Source: Gemmatimonadales bacterium
Lineage (GTDB): Bacteria; Gemmatimonadota; Gemmatimonadetes; Gemmatimonadales; GWC2-71-9
Assembly: GCA_035695405.1 (NCBI GenBank)
Contig: DASSED010000157.1
Location: 28,407 to 92,406, forward strand
Direction of reading: 5' to 3'
DNA length: 64,000 nucleotides
Under the pieces are notes generated by a model that saw nothing but the letters and a program-made list of their open reading frames with translations, was not told the DNA's origin and did not search any database. Shown piece by piece: positions 45,961 through 55,690 of this stretch. Within the stretch, counting starts at the first letter, position 1; the number at the start of each line of letters is the position of its first letter. A program made the position numbers and the translations under genes.

Positions 45961-47331
45961 TTGGGATTATACAGCCTGCGATCTATCTGCGCGGCTTCGG
46001 CACTCCTGGCAGCTGCATGGCTAATTGGCTGCAGCGACAGCTCTACCACCTCAGACAGCGAGCTCGACAACCAGGTACGAGGGGGCATGGCGGCTGCGCA
46101 CGTGACAGCACTGACCCAGCTGCCCAGCGCCGATCCGGCGCTGGTCCGATTGGGCCAAGCGCTCATGTTCGACAAGATCTTGAGCGGCAACCGGGACGTC
46201 TCATGCGCCACCTGCCACAACCCGATCAACAGCACCACCGATGGTCTGTCGCTCTCGATCGGCACGGGCGGCACGGGAAGCGGGCCGAGTCGGGCTTTAT
46301 CCCAGGCTCCCCAGTTTGTGCCTCGCAACTCCCAGGAGCTGTTCAATCGAGGATACCCGGAGTTTACCCAGATGTTTTGGGACGGCCGGGTTTCCCGCTC
46401 TACCACTGGTGAGCTTCAGACTCCGGCCGGAGACCGTCTGCCAGCAGGTTTGTCCGGCGCTCTCGCAGCTCAGGCGATGATGCCGGTCACCACCCGATTG
46501 GAAATGCGAGGCCGAGCCGGAGACGTGGATCGCTTCGGCGCACCCAATGAGCTGGCTCAGTTTGGCGATAATGAAGAGCCCGCAGTGTGGGCCGCGGTCA
46601 TGCAGCGCATCCTGGCCATCCCCGAGTACGTCTCCTTGTTCCAGGCCGCCTATCCCGCAGTGGCTCCCTCCGATCTCGGATTTCAGCACGCGGCCAACGC
46701 CATCGCCGCTTTCGAGACCGACGCGTTTACCTTCGACAACTCTCCCTTTGATCGCTACATCGGGGGAGACAACGGCGCCTTGACCGAGGAAGAGAAACGA
46801 GGAGCTCTACTCTTCTTCGGCAAGGGAAATTGCGGCGCCTGCCATGTGGGGCCTCACCTCACCGACCAGCAATTCCATAGCCTGGGAGTTCCTCAGATCG
46901 GTCCCGGATTCAGTCCGGAAAGCCCCGAAGACCACGGCCGAGAACGGGTCACTGGGGAGCCGGACAATCGATATCAGTTCCGCACTCCTCCGTTACGCAA
47001 TGTGGAGCTGACCGGACCCTACATGCATGACGGCGCGTACACCACCCTGGAAGCGGCAGTTCGCCACTACCTGGATACCTTTGCGGCGCTCCGCTCCTAT
47101 GATCCAACCCAGTTGCGAGAAGATCTGCCCTCGACCTATCTGTCCAACGGCTCCACTCTGGATGCGATGGCCGCCTCGATAGACAATCGGGTCGGGGTTC
47201 CGCTCGAGCTCACGGATGCGGATGTCGGCTCCATTGTGGCGTTCCTCAAGTCCCTCACCGATCCGGCGGCGCGGAGTCTGACCGGCACGATTCCAGCCAG
47301 CGTCCCCAGCGGCCTGCCGGTAGGCGACTGA
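45961..47331 (+). CDS. Di-haem cytochrome c peroxidase (CCP/MauG family) lipoprotein
   Basis: Two CxxCH motifs (CATCH, CGACH). PPLRNVELTGPYMHDG motif. Lipobox AAAWLIGC. Confidence 0.9.
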   Translation: MGLYSLRSICAASALLAAAWLIGCSDSSTTSDSELDNQVRGGMAAAHVTALTQLPSADPALVRLGQALMFDKILSGNRDVSCATCHNPINSTTDGLSLSIGTGGTGSGPSRALSQAPQFVPRNSQELFNRGYPEFTQMFWDGRVSRSTTGELQTPAGDRLPAGLSGALAAQAMMPVTTRLEMRGRAGDVDRFGAPNELAQFGDNEEPAVWAAVMQRILAIPEYVSLFQAAYPAVAPSDLGFQHAANAIAAFETDAFTFDNSPFDRYIGGDNGALTEEEKRGALLFFGKGNCGACHVGPHLTDQQFHSLGVPQIGPGFSPESPEDHGRERVTGEPDNRYQFRTPPLRNVELTGPYMHDGAYTTLEAAVRHYLDTFAALRSYDPTQLREDLPSTYLSNGSTLDAMAASIDNRVGVPLELTDADVGSIVAFLKSLTDPAARSLTGTIPASVPSGLPVGD

Positions 47332-47334
47332 TCC

Positions 47335-47982
47335 GTGAGCGAGCTGGAGCGCCTCTACCGCCAGTTGGTGCGTAGCCTCTCGGCCGGAGACCCGGCCCGA
47401 CTGCACCAGCCGCTCCAGCTTTCTGAGATTCGCGACAGCATCCTTCCCTACCGTTCCAACCGCCGCGCCTTGCAACTGGAAACCAGTGAGGATTACGAGC
47501 TGGCGCTCATGCGGCTCTGCGCCGGAGAAGGTGGTCTGGCTCGAACCGAGCCCGAAGAGGTTCAGGTAGAGTTCGCAACCGAGCTCAGAAGCAGGAATCC
47601 AGATCTCACTCTGCTCCACAAGCATGAGCAGGTCTCACTGCGACTGGCACCGGAGCCGCTGCGTCAAATCCTCCGTCCATCGAACGACCTGAAGTATGCG
47701 CCACGGGAACAGCGCCAACCGGCAGTGCAGCCTCGGCCACCGCAGTCGGCTCCGACCAAGCAGCCAGCTCCTGCCAAGCAGTCCGCTCCTGCCAGGAAGA
47801 AGCTAAAGGAAACACCTCCCCACTGCGTGAGCTGCGAAGCGGCGCTGCCCCCTGGCCGCAAGGTGCAATTTTGCCCAGAGTGTGGGGCGCGCCAGTCACC
47901 CACCCACTGCTCTCAGTGTCGCACCGAGCTCGAGCCGGGTTGGAAGCACTGTGTTGGGTGCGGTGCAGCGGTGAACCCGTGA
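47335..47982 (+). CDS. Hypothetical protein with C-terminal double zinc-ribbon
   Basis: GTG start 3 nt after the upstream stop. CVSCEAAL..FCPECGAR..CSQCRTEL..CVGCGAAV. Confidence 0.55.
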   Translation: MSELERLYRQLVRSLSAGDPARLHQPLQLSEIRDSILPYRSNRRALQLETSEDYELALMRLCAGEGGLARTEPEEVQVEFATELRSRNPDLTLLHKHEQVSLRLAPEPLRQILRPSNDLKYAPREQRQPAVQPRPPQSAPTKQPAPAKQSAPARKKLKETPPHCVSCEAALPPGRKVQFCPECGARQSPTHCSQCRTELEPGWKHCVGCGAAVNP

Positions 47983-48055
47983 TCGACAGCTCAGGGGTTA
48001 TATTTCCAGTTCCAATGCTTCCCATGCCAGCACTTTCCTCGCCGGATTCCCCCGC

Positions 48056-49264
48056 GTGAGCACCCCCAGCACATCTGACGTGGTCTTTCTGTCGGGTGCT
48101 CGTACCGGATTCGGAAGCTTTGGCGGGACCCTCAAGGATTTCTCCGCCACCGATCTGGGAGTGATCGCCGCCCAAGGCGCGCTCAGTCGAGGGGGGATTG
48201 ACCCTCAATCCGTTGAGCACGTCGTTTTCGGCAACGTCCTGCAAACCTCGCCCGACGCCATTTACCTGGCACGGCACATCGGGCTCAGGGCCGGCGCGCC
48301 AATCGATACTCCCGCCGTTACCGTCAATCGGCTGTGCGGCTCCGGCTTCGAGGCGGTGGCCCAGGCGGCACAGCAGATCGTACTGGGAGAGTCCCGGGTG
48401 GTGCTCGCCGGTGGAACCGAGTCGATGAGTCAGGCCCCTCACGTGGTCCGGGGAGCTCGCTGGGGACTCCGGCTGGGTCCTGCTGCCCCTCTGGAAGACA
48501 GCCTGTGGGAGGCGCTGCGAGACCCGAGTTGCGGGCTTTCGATGGCTGAGACCGCCGAGAAGCTGGCCGAGAGATATCGCATCGGTCGCCAGGCAGTAGA
48601 CTGCTACGCAGCGCGCAGCCAGTCCTGCGCGGCGTCCGGATGGAAGACCGGGGCGTTCGAGGACGAGACGGTGGCGGTCACCATTCAGAATCGAAAGACC
48701 CGACAGTCGGAAGAGTGGAAGTCGGACGAGCACATGAGACCCGCCACAAGCGTCGACGCACTCGCAAAGCTCCCGCCATACTTCAAGAAGGATGGGGTTG
48801 TCACCGCGGGGAACGCCTCCGGCATCTGCGACGGCGCCGCGGCTCTGGTCTTGGCCAGCGGACGCTATGCTGAGGAACGCGGATTCCGACCGCTGGGCCG
48901 GCTCCTTGCCTGGGCCAGTGCCGGCGTCGATCCGAGCACCATGGGATTGGGCCCGGTGCCCGCGTCGCGCAGGGCTTTGGAACGTGCCGGGCTCGGGCTC
49001 GAGGATATGGACCTGATCGAGGTCAACGAGGCGTTCGCCGCCCAGTATCTCGCTGTCGAGCAGGAGCTCGGGCTCGACCGAGAACGCACCAACGTGGACG
49101 GTGGGGCCATTGCCATCGGGCACCCACTTGGCGCCAGCGGCGCCCGGATCACGCTTCACCTGCTGCACGCGCTCCGCCGGCGGGGAGGGCGCTACGGCCT
49201 GGGCAGTGCGTGTATCGGCGGAGGACAGGGCGCGGCCGTAGTAGTCGAGGCTTTCTCCAGCTAA
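48056..49264 (+). CDS. Acetyl-CoA C-acetyltransferase (thiolase II)
   Basis: VNRLCGSGFEAV (active Cys), NEAFAAQ, GHPLGASGAR, CIGGGQG. The 520-aa minus-strand ORF 47606..49168 is an antisense shadow. Confidence 0.9.
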   Translation: MSTPSTSDVVFLSGARTGFGSFGGTLKDFSATDLGVIAAQGALSRGGIDPQSVEHVVFGNVLQTSPDAIYLARHIGLRAGAPIDTPAVTVNRLCGSGFEAVAQAAQQIVLGESRVVLAGGTESMSQAPHVVRGARWGLRLGPAAPLEDSLWEALRDPSCGLSMAETAEKLAERYRIGRQAVDCYAARSQSCAASGWKTGAFEDETVAVTIQNRKTRQSEEWKSDEHMRPATSVDALAKLPPYFKKDGVVTAGNASGICDGAAALVLASGRYAEERGFRPLGRLLAWASAGVDPSTMGLGPVPASRRALERAGLGLEDMDLIEVNEAFAAQYLAVEQELGLDRERTNVDGGAIAIGHPLGASGARITLHLLHALRRRGGRYGLGSACIGGGQGAAVVVEAFSS

Positions 49265-49273
49265 GGGCGAGCC

Positions 49274-50137
49274 ATGGATCTCCTGGTTCCGGCACTGACC
49301 ATCGCCGTCGTCTATTCGTTCCTGAGCCTTCGGGTGCTTCGCCAGTACGAGCGCGGGGTGAGCTTCTTTCTCGGACGCTTCTGGGGCACCAAGGGACCGG
49401 GTCTCATCTTCCTGCCGGCCGGATTCGCCAGCCAGAAAAGGGTGTCGCTCCGGATCGCTGCGCTCGATATCCCGCCTCAGGACGTTATCACCCGCGATAA
49501 CGTGTCCGTGAAGGTGAACGCGGTGTTATACATGCGGGTGAGCGATCCATCCAAGGCGGTACTGGAGATCGAGGATTATCACTACGCCACCAGCCAGCTG
49601 GCCCAGACCACTCTGAGATCGGTGCTGGGGGAAGTGGAGCTCGATGAGCTTCTCTCCGACCGGGAGAAGATCAACGCGGTTCTCAAGAAGATCATCGACG
49701 AGCGTACCGAGGCGTGGGGAATCGAGGTGTCCGCAGTCGAGGTCAAGGACGTCGATTTGCCCGACCAGATGAAGCGGGCCATGGCCCGGCAGGCGGAGGC
49801 CGAGCGGGAGCGGCGGGCCAAGGTGATCGCCGCCCAAGGAGAGCTCCAGGCCTCCGAGACGCTGGCCCAGGCGGCTCACACCTTGGCCAAGGAGCCCAGC
49901 GCGCTGCAGCTGCGTTATCTCCAGACGGTCACGGAAATCGCAGCGGAGAACAATTCCACCACGATATTCCCCATTCCGATCGAGCTCTTCCGTCCCTTCC
50001 TCAACCAGATTGCCGGAAGTACGCCCCGCTCCGGTGGCTCCTCGGAGCCGGCCACACCGGCGTTGCCCGCCTCCGAGATCTCCTCCCTGATGTCGCAGCT
50101 TCGAATCGAGGCGGCAAAGGCCCCTCCCAAGGAGTAG
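49274..50137 (+). CDS. SPFH/band-7 (stomatin-like) protein
   Basis: N-terminal TM segment, [10 protein letters not shown].., [17 protein letters not shown].., and the A/E-rich ..[16 protein letters not shown].. region. Confidence 0.9.
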   Translation: MDLLVPALTIAVVYSFLSLRVLRQYERGVSFFLGRFWGTKGPGLIFLPAGFASQKRVSLRIAALDIPPQDVITRDNVSVKVNAVLYMRVSDPSKAVLEIEDYHYATSQLAQTTLRSVLGEVELDELLSDREKINAVLKKIIDERTEAWGIEVSAVEVKDVDLPDQMKRAMARQAEAERERRAKVIAAQGELQASETLAQAAHTLAKEPSALQLRYLQTVTEIAAENNSTTIFPIPIELFRPFLNQIAGSTPRSGGSSEPATPALPASEISSLMSQLRIEAAKAPPKE

Positions 50138-50138
50138 C

Positions 50139-50984
50139 ATGAGCGAGGGTCCTACCGCCCGGATCGACCGCGCCGCTCTCGAGCGGATCATCCACCGTGC
50201 GGCCGAGCTGCAGAGCGCCGAGCAGGAGATCGGTGATACCCTGACCTCAGACGAATTGATTACACTCGGCCGGGAGGTGGGAATTCCAGTGCGCTATCTC
50301 CAGCAGGCGCTGCTGGAGGAGCGCACCCGGATCGCGGTTCCTGCGGCCATGGGGCTGCTCGATCGTATCGCCGGTCCCGGACAGGCGGTCGCTCATCGGG
50401 TCATTGCTTGCGAAACTGAGGCGGTCGAGCGCTCCCTTTTGAAATGGATGGAGACCAATGAGCTGCTCTGCGTGCAGCGCGCCCTGCCCGGCCGGATCAC
50501 CTGGGAGCCGCTGGGAGGACTGTACGCGGTGTTTCGCCGCTCCACCGCAGCGCTCGGGTCCGAGTCACGGCCCTTCATGTTGTCCCGCGCCGCGACAGTT
50601 TCGGCCATCATACTCCCGCTCGAATCCGGCTACTCCCACGTCACATTGACGGCCGATGCCGGCCCCACACGAGGCGGCTACGTCGGTGGGAGCGCCGCTC
50701 TGGCGACCTCCGGCGCCGCCGCCACTGCCATCCTGGCTACCCTGGGAGCCGTGCTGCCGCTCGCCTTGATACCGCTGCCGGTGGCATTGGCCCTGGGGTA
50801 TACTGTGCTCCGGCGTTATCCGCCGACTCTGGCCCGCCTCCAGCTCGGGCTGGAGCGAGCCCTCGATTCCGTGGAACAGAGCGCCGGCAAGCCTCAACGC
50901 CAGCTGACCGAGCGGACGGCAGGGATACTCGGTCTGCTTGCCGAGGAGGTCCGTAAGGCACTCAAATCACCCTCGTCATCCTGA
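50139..50984 (+). CDS. Hypothetical membrane protein coupled to the SPFH gene (not NfeD-like)
   Basis: ATG lies 1 nt after the SPFH stop. Soluble N-terminal domain of about 170 aa followed by two Ala/Gly/Leu-rich TM segments. The last codons and the stop lie in the TCATCCTGAGCGCAGC repeat. Confidence 0.55.
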   Translation: MSEGPTARIDRAALERIIHRAAELQSAEQEIGDTLTSDELITLGREVGIPVRYLQQALLEERTRIAVPAAMGLLDRIAGPGQAVAHRVIACETEAVERSLLKWMETNELLCVQRALPGRITWEPLGGLYAVFRRSTAALGSESRPFMLSRAATVSAIILPLESGYSHVTLTADAGPTRGGYVGGSAALATSGAAATAILATLGAVLPLALIPLPVALALGYTVLRRYPPTLARLQLGLERALDSVEQSAGKPQRQLTERTAGILGLLAEEVRKALKSPSSS

Positions 50985-51009
50985 GCGCAGCTATCATCCT
51001 GAGCGCAGC
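50976..51009. repeat. Direct repeat TCATCCTGAGCGCAGC x2 (period 18), GTCATYCTGAG family
   Basis: Copies at 50976-50991 and 50994-51009. The second continues GAAGAACCCCGCAGGATTGC. It contains the stop codon of the upstream gene. Confidence 0.6.
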
Positions 51010-51056
51010 GAAGAACCCCGCAGGATTGCTGGGAGACGCGACCATTGCCTGAGATC

Positions 51057-51953
51057 ATGAAGGTCGGCGTACTGGGATGCGGACTCATGGGAAGCGGTAT
51101 CGCTCAGAGCGCGGCAGCCGCTGGATTCGCCACGGTGGTCCGAGATGTGGCGGACCCACTGCTGGAGAAGGGACGCACCGGGATCACTAAGTCGCTGGGC
51201 AAACTGGTGGAGAAGGGGAAGCTGACGGCCGCGGACCGCGATGCCGCTTTGGGGAGGCTCTCTTTCCATACCGGACTCGACGCCCTGCGCGATGCCGATT
51301 TTATCATCGAGGCAGTCACCGAAGATCTGGAGCTGAAGAACCGTCTCTGGCAAGAGCTCGACCGGCTCTGCCCTCCGAAAACGATCTTTGCGTCCAACAC
51401 CTCGAGCCTCTCCATCGCCGCCATGGCATCGGCCACCCGAAGGCCGGACCGCTTTGTCGGCCTCCACTTCTTCAATCCCGTACCGTTGATGCCTCTGGTC
51501 GAGGTGATCGGTACGGTCACCACCAATCAAGAGACCTTCGAGCGTGCGCTGGAGTTTGCCCACCGGTTGGGTAAGGAACCCGTCATTGCCGCCGACAGCC
51601 CGGGGTTCATCGTCAATCTCCTGCTGGTTCCCTTTCTCCTTGACGCGGCCCGGGCCCGGGAGCGTGGGGTCGCCAGTACCTCGGACCTTGATCGCGGGAT
51701 GCAGCTGGGTTGCGGGCACCCTATGGGGCCACTCACCTTGATGGACTTTATCGGACTCGACACGGTGGTCCGCATCGCGGACATCCTGTTCGATGCCTAC
51801 CGGGAGAGCCGTTATGCTCCTCCCCCACTGCTCCGGCGCATGGTCCTGGCCGGTTATCTTGGCCGGAAGAGCGGAAAGGGCTTTTATGATTACAGCGCCG
51901 ATCCGCCGGTGCCGGTCGAGCTGGGCCTTGGAGGGGTGAGGGGTAAGCGGTGA
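51057..51953 (+). CDS. hbd: 3-hydroxybutyryl-CoA / 3-hydroxyacyl-CoA dehydrogenase
   Basis: MKVGVLGCGLMGSGIA Rossmann motif, NTSSLSI, HFFNPVPLMPLVE, GFIVNL. ATG 51057 is preferred over the track TTG 51045. Confidence 0.9.
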   Translation: MKVGVLGCGLMGSGIAQSAAAAGFATVVRDVADPLLEKGRTGITKSLGKLVEKGKLTAADRDAALGRLSFHTGLDALRDADFIIEAVTEDLELKNRLWQELDRLCPPKTIFASNTSSLSIAAMASATRRPDRFVGLHFFNPVPLMPLVEVIGTVTTNQETFERALEFAHRLGKEPVIAADSPGFIVNLLLVPFLLDAARARERGVASTSDLDRGMQLGCGHPMGPLTLMDFIGLDTVVRIADILFDAYRESRYAPPPLLRRMVLAGYLGRKSGKGFYDYSADPPVPVELGLGGVRGKR

Positions 51954-52023
51954 GCGGGCCGGTCCCTTTTCCGCTGCTCACCGGTTACCGCCACGCACCG
52001 CTCTCAACTTTGCTGGAGACATC

Positions 52024-52644
52024 ATGCTCGGCTACGACTGGCCTCGGCTGCACGCTGCGCTCAACGATCTCCCGACTGCCCTGCTCCTGATCGCCGTGCT
52101 GTTCGATGTCCTAGCCCTGGCGCGTCGCAGTCAGACCCTCCGAGCCGTGGGATTCTGGACCCTGATGGCTGGTGCGGTGGGGGGAGTGTTGGCGGTTATT
52201 TCGGGCCTCCAGGCTGAGGATCACATTCAGCATGGGGAAGAAGTGCACCGGGTCATGGAGACCCACGAAACCCTGGCGTTGATCACCCTGGGGACCTTCG
52301 CGGTGTTGGCGCTGTGGCGGCTCGTACGCGAACGCCGGATGGGGAGTGGGGAGCGCCTGGCCAGCGTGCTCCTCTCAGTGGGCGGCTTGGGGGTGATGTT
52401 CGCTACCGCGATCTACGGAGGCAAACTGGTCTTCGAGCATGCGGCGGGAGTGCCCAGCGCCGTGCTGCAGGCAGAGCTCAAAGAGCGGAGTGAGGGCCAT
52501 CATCATCACGCTGCCGGCGAATCGGACGAACCCAGTGACGAGCCCGCCGACGCCCAAGACAGCTCAGCCGGACAGATCGACTCAGCCGGCGCTCTTCCTC
52601 ACACGCATACCCACCCACCCGGCACGCCGGCCCATCAGGACTGA
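52024..52644 (+). CDS. DUF2231-like membrane protein with a His-rich C-terminal tail
   Basis: Four TM segments. N-terminal HAALNDLPTALLLIAVLFD-type motif. Tail EGHHHHAAG...HTHTHPPGTPAH. Confidence 0.65.
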   Translation: MLGYDWPRLHAALNDLPTALLLIAVLFDVLALARRSQTLRAVGFWTLMAGAVGGVLAVISGLQAEDHIQHGEEVHRVMETHETLALITLGTFAVLALWRLVRERRMGSGERLASVLLSVGGLGVMFATAIYGGKLVFEHAAGVPSAVLQAELKERSEGHHHHAAGESDEPSDEPADAQDSSAGQIDSAGALPHTHTHPPGTPAHQD

Positions 52645-52647
52645 CGG

Positions 52648-53193
52648 GTGAAAGCCTCTCTTGCGCTGGTGGCCTGTGCGTTGGAGCTGGCGGCGTGCCG
52701 CCCGAATACGACTCGTCCACCGATCACTCCGTATCCTGAGGCAGCCGGCACCGAGGTCCGGCTTCCTGTCGTCGAGGCCACTCGGCACTTGGCGGAGGCC
52801 TTGAAGGCCGATTCGATTCCGACTCGCCAGATCCAGCTCCGCGATGGCTACATCGAGACCGGCTGGTTTCTTGCAGCCAGCGGACGTCCGGCACCGGCGC
52901 GAAAGTTTGGCCCGGGAGTGGTGCGGGTTCGTGCCTGGGCCGATCCGGCTCGCCCGGGTAGCTCGCAGCTTACGGTGGAGACCCTCTATCGGCCGGTCTT
53001 GGACCCTTCGTTACCCGAGCGGGAGCTGGAGCGGCAGGTACCCCGCAATCATCCGGTGGCGGTCAGGGTGGAAGGAGCGCTGAAGCAGCTGGTCGATCGC
53101 TACGGCGGAGCACCCGGCCCTCAAGCCGAGGCTCCCACCCGGCCCAGAAAGCCGAGTGAGCAAGTTGAGGGGGGAGGAGACGACTCGGAGTAG
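52648..53193 (+). CDS. Hypothetical lipoprotein
   Basis: GTG start 3 nt after the upstream stop. Lipobox ELAAC. Confidence 0.55.
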   Translation: MKASLALVACALELAACRPNTTRPPITPYPEAAGTEVRLPVVEATRHLAEALKADSIPTRQIQLRDGYIETGWFLAASGRPAPARKFGPGVVRVRAWADPARPGSSQLTVETLYRPVLDPSLPERELERQVPRNHPVAVRVEGALKQLVDRYGGAPGPQAEAPTRPRKPSEQVEGGGDDSE

Positions 53194-53195
53194 CA

Positions 53196-53990
53196 TCACA
53201 CCACATACGCCTGCACCCACCGTTCGAGCTGCGCCAGGTCAAGCGCGGCGTCTTTGCACGGTCCCGATGGGAGCGTCATCGTGAGACCGAGCACCGGGAT
53301 CTTACCCGCGACATCATGCAGGCCACTCACCATATCCCGCTCACACGCCACGGCGACCACTGCTCTCGGCCGCCGCTCGCGGATGACCCGCCGGGCAAGT
53401 TGCCCCCGGGTGGCAACGAACACCGGAACTCCGTACTTCCCGGCGATCCCGAGCACGCCGTCGAGCGTGACGCGAGAGAGGCAGCGCGGGATCAAGAGCA
53501 GAAGCTCTCCCTGATCGACCTTTCGCCCCCGCCTGATCGCCAGCTCGTTATACACCTTGACGGCGGCATTCTCGACCCAGTCGCGCCGGCCGAACTGCCC
53601 GGCCACCATCGACGTCAGCCGCATGAGGCCGAGAAACGGGCCCCGCTCCGCGAGGCGCTCGGGGAGGAGTGACCGCCCGACCTGGTGGGAAAGCAGCAGC
53701 AGCGCCCACCAGAGCCAGAGCACCGACGTAATGAGCAACAGAGCGCTCCATAGCATGGTCGGAGCCTTCGGATGCAGCGCGGCGATGCGGGGCGTGAGCA
53801 GGTAGAGCACCAAGGCGACCCCAGCCAGTCCGGCAGCGAGAGTCAGGGCCGACCAGCCGAAGAACAACACTGGTGGTGAGTCGTAATTGCCCTGATTGGG
53901 GAGCGGCTGACCGTCCCACTCATCCCACTCATGTCCGAGCCGGCGGTCGACATCGATGTGGATCAGTTGGGCCCGAGGTGCGTCAGCCAT
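53196..53990 (-). CDS. DUF116-like membrane protein
   Basis: Three N-terminal TM segments plus a cytoplasmic domain with LLLIPRCLS and VAVACERD motifs, which I associate with DUF116. The family call is from memory only. Confidence 0.5.
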   Translation of the reverse strand: MADAPRAQLIHIDVDRRLGHEWDEWDGQPLPNQGNYDSPPVLFFGWSALTLAAGLAGVALVLYLLTPRIAALHPKAPTMLWSALLLITSVLWLWWALLLLSHQVGRSLLPERLAERGPFLGLMRLTSMVAGQFGRRDWVENAAVKVYNELAIRRGRKVDQGELLLLIPRCLSRVTLDGVLGIAGKYGVPVFVATRGQLARRVIRERRPRAVVAVACERDMVSGLHDVAGKIPVLGLTMTLPSGPCKDAALDLAQLERWVQAYVV

Positions 53991-54018
53991 AGAGTGAGAA
54001 GATAGTTAGCTTTTTGCG

Positions 54019-55683
54019 ATGCTGCCTCCTCCCAAAATCAGAGGAATCTATCGCACCGATCCCAGAGCCCGTGCGGCCTACGCCGAGGGAGCGGGGATTT
54101 ATCGTATCGTGCCCCGGGCGGTGTGCGTGCCGGCACATGCGACGGACATCGAGCTGCTGGTCTGCTGGGCCGGAGATCACGGCCTACCGCTGGTTCCCCG
54201 AGGCGCTGGGAGCGCCATGGGAGGTGGTAACGTGGGAGATGGGGTCGTGGTCGATCTCACTGGTCTGCCTCGTCGCCTGGAGATAGATCCGGGCAGCCGG
54301 GTGGCCATTACCAGCGCGAACGTCACCTTGGCCGAGCTGAACGCCGCGGCGGCTCGGCACGGGCTGCGTCTTCCGCCCGATCCATCGAGTGGACGTTGGG
54401 CCACGGCCGGCGGTATGGTGGCCACCAACGCCGCTGGCGCCCGATCAGTGCGGTATGGCAGCGTTCGCCACTGGGTCCAGGGCCTCACTCTGGTGACCGC
54501 CGATGGAGTGAGCTCGACCCTGCGCCGCGGTCACCCGGCGAAGGGGTCGGCATCGGCGGTACTCGATCGCTTCGAGCGGCAGGCTCGTCATGCCATCACC
54601 GGAGCGGCCGGGCTGGTGGCCGCTCGCTTCCCGAAGACTCGGAAGAATTCCTCGGGGTATGCGCTCGATGCGTATCTGGCATCCGGTGATATCCTGGACC
54701 TCCTGATCGGTGCGGAAGGCACCCTTGGCATTATCACCGAGGTTGAGTGGCGGCTCGACCCGATCCCTCCCTGCCGCGCAGGGCTGCGAATGGCTCTGGG
54801 GTCACTCGACGAGTTGGCGCCCGCGGTCGCGAGCTTGAGCTCGCTCCAACCGTCGGCGCTGGAGCTGTTGGACCGAAGCTTTCTGGATTTGATCAGCGCC
54901 GATGAGGTCGGGAGTGCCGGCATCCGGTTTCCCGGAGCCGAGGCTGTGCTTCTGGTCGAGCTGGAGCGGGAAGACCCGACCTCGCTGAGGAACGCGCTAT
55001 CCGACGCTACCGCCCGAGCCCGACCGGTGGCGCAGTCCGTGGACGCGGCGTACTCCGCCGATGCCGCGGCCCGGCTCTGGGCCATTCGCCATGCCGCGAG
55101 TCCCATTCTGGCTCGGCTACCGGAGAGCCGGAGATCGCTTCAGGTCATCGAGGACGCCTGCGTCCCCCTGGATCGCATGAGTGACTACATTCGCGCCGTG
55201 CGACAGGCGGCGTCGGAGCGGGGAGTGCCGGTGGTGTTGTTCGGTCACGCAGGCGATGGGCATATCCATGTGAACCTGCTGCCGGATGTGACCCGCCATG
55301 GCTGGGAGGAATCGATCGCAGCGTTGATGGACCAGGTCAATCAGACAGTGGTCCAGCTGGGCGGGACTCCTACCGGAGAGCATGGGGACGGGCGGCTGAG
55401 GACCGGATGGGTGGAACGGGTGTATGGCCCCGACATCGTCGACCTGTTCCAGATGATTAAACGGATTTTCGATCCTCGCGGAGTCTTCAACCCCGGAATT
55501 ATTCTGAGCGGTGGTGAGCCGCCGATCCGCCGGCTCAAGGTGGGATCCGCGGCGGCGGCGCTCCCGGCCGACCTGGACCGCGGGCTTCGCGAGATCGAGC
55601 GGACCGGCGGGTATGGGCGGAGTAGATTGGAGTTGGCCGACGCCGACACCCTGGACCCTAGACTCTCGACTCTCAACTCTTGA
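54019..55683 (+). CDS. FAD-linked oxidase (GlcD / D-lactate dehydrogenase-like)
   Basis: PCMH-type FAD-binding N-domain (LVPRGAGSAMGGG), GEHGDGRLR motif, and a C-terminal FAD-oxidase domain. The last codons lie in heptad repeats. Confidence 0.85.
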   Translation: MLPPPKIRGIYRTDPRARAAYAEGAGIYRIVPRAVCVPAHATDIELLVCWAGDHGLPLVPRGAGSAMGGGNVGDGVVVDLTGLPRRLEIDPGSRVAITSANVTLAELNAAAARHGLRLPPDPSSGRWATAGGMVATNAAGARSVRYGSVRHWVQGLTLVTADGVSSTLRRGHPAKGSASAVLDRFERQARHAITGAAGLVAARFPKTRKNSSGYALDAYLASGDILDLLIGAEGTLGIITEVEWRLDPIPPCRAGLRMALGSLDELAPAVASLSSLQPSALELLDRSFLDLISADEVGSAGIRFPGAEAVLLVELEREDPTSLRNALSDATARARPVAQSVDAAYSADAAARLWAIRHAASPILARLPESRRSLQVIEDACVPLDRMSDYIRAVRQAASERGVPVVLFGHAGDGHIHVNLLPDVTRHGWEESIAALMDQVNQTVVQLGGTPTGEHGDGRLRTGWVERVYGPDIVDLFQMIKRIFDPRGVFNPGIILSGGEPPIRRLKVGSAAAALPADLDRGLREIERTGGYGRSRLELADADTLDPRLSTLNS

Positions 55684-55688
55684 ACTCC
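55661..55688. repeat. Tandem heptads GACTCTC GACTCTC AACTCTT GAACTCC at the 3-prime end of the oxidase gene
   Basis: Read directly. 55661-55674 is the exact reverse complement of 14012-14025. Confidence 0.6.
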
Positions 55689-55690
55689 TC

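Noticed and set aside
47606-49168. 520-aa minus-strand ORF, the longest unexplained ORF in the track
   Set aside because: It lies antisense to the thiolase and zinc-ribbon genes, has low-complexity Arg/Gly/Pro-rich composition and shows no motifs. The plus strand encodes an unmistakable thiolase.
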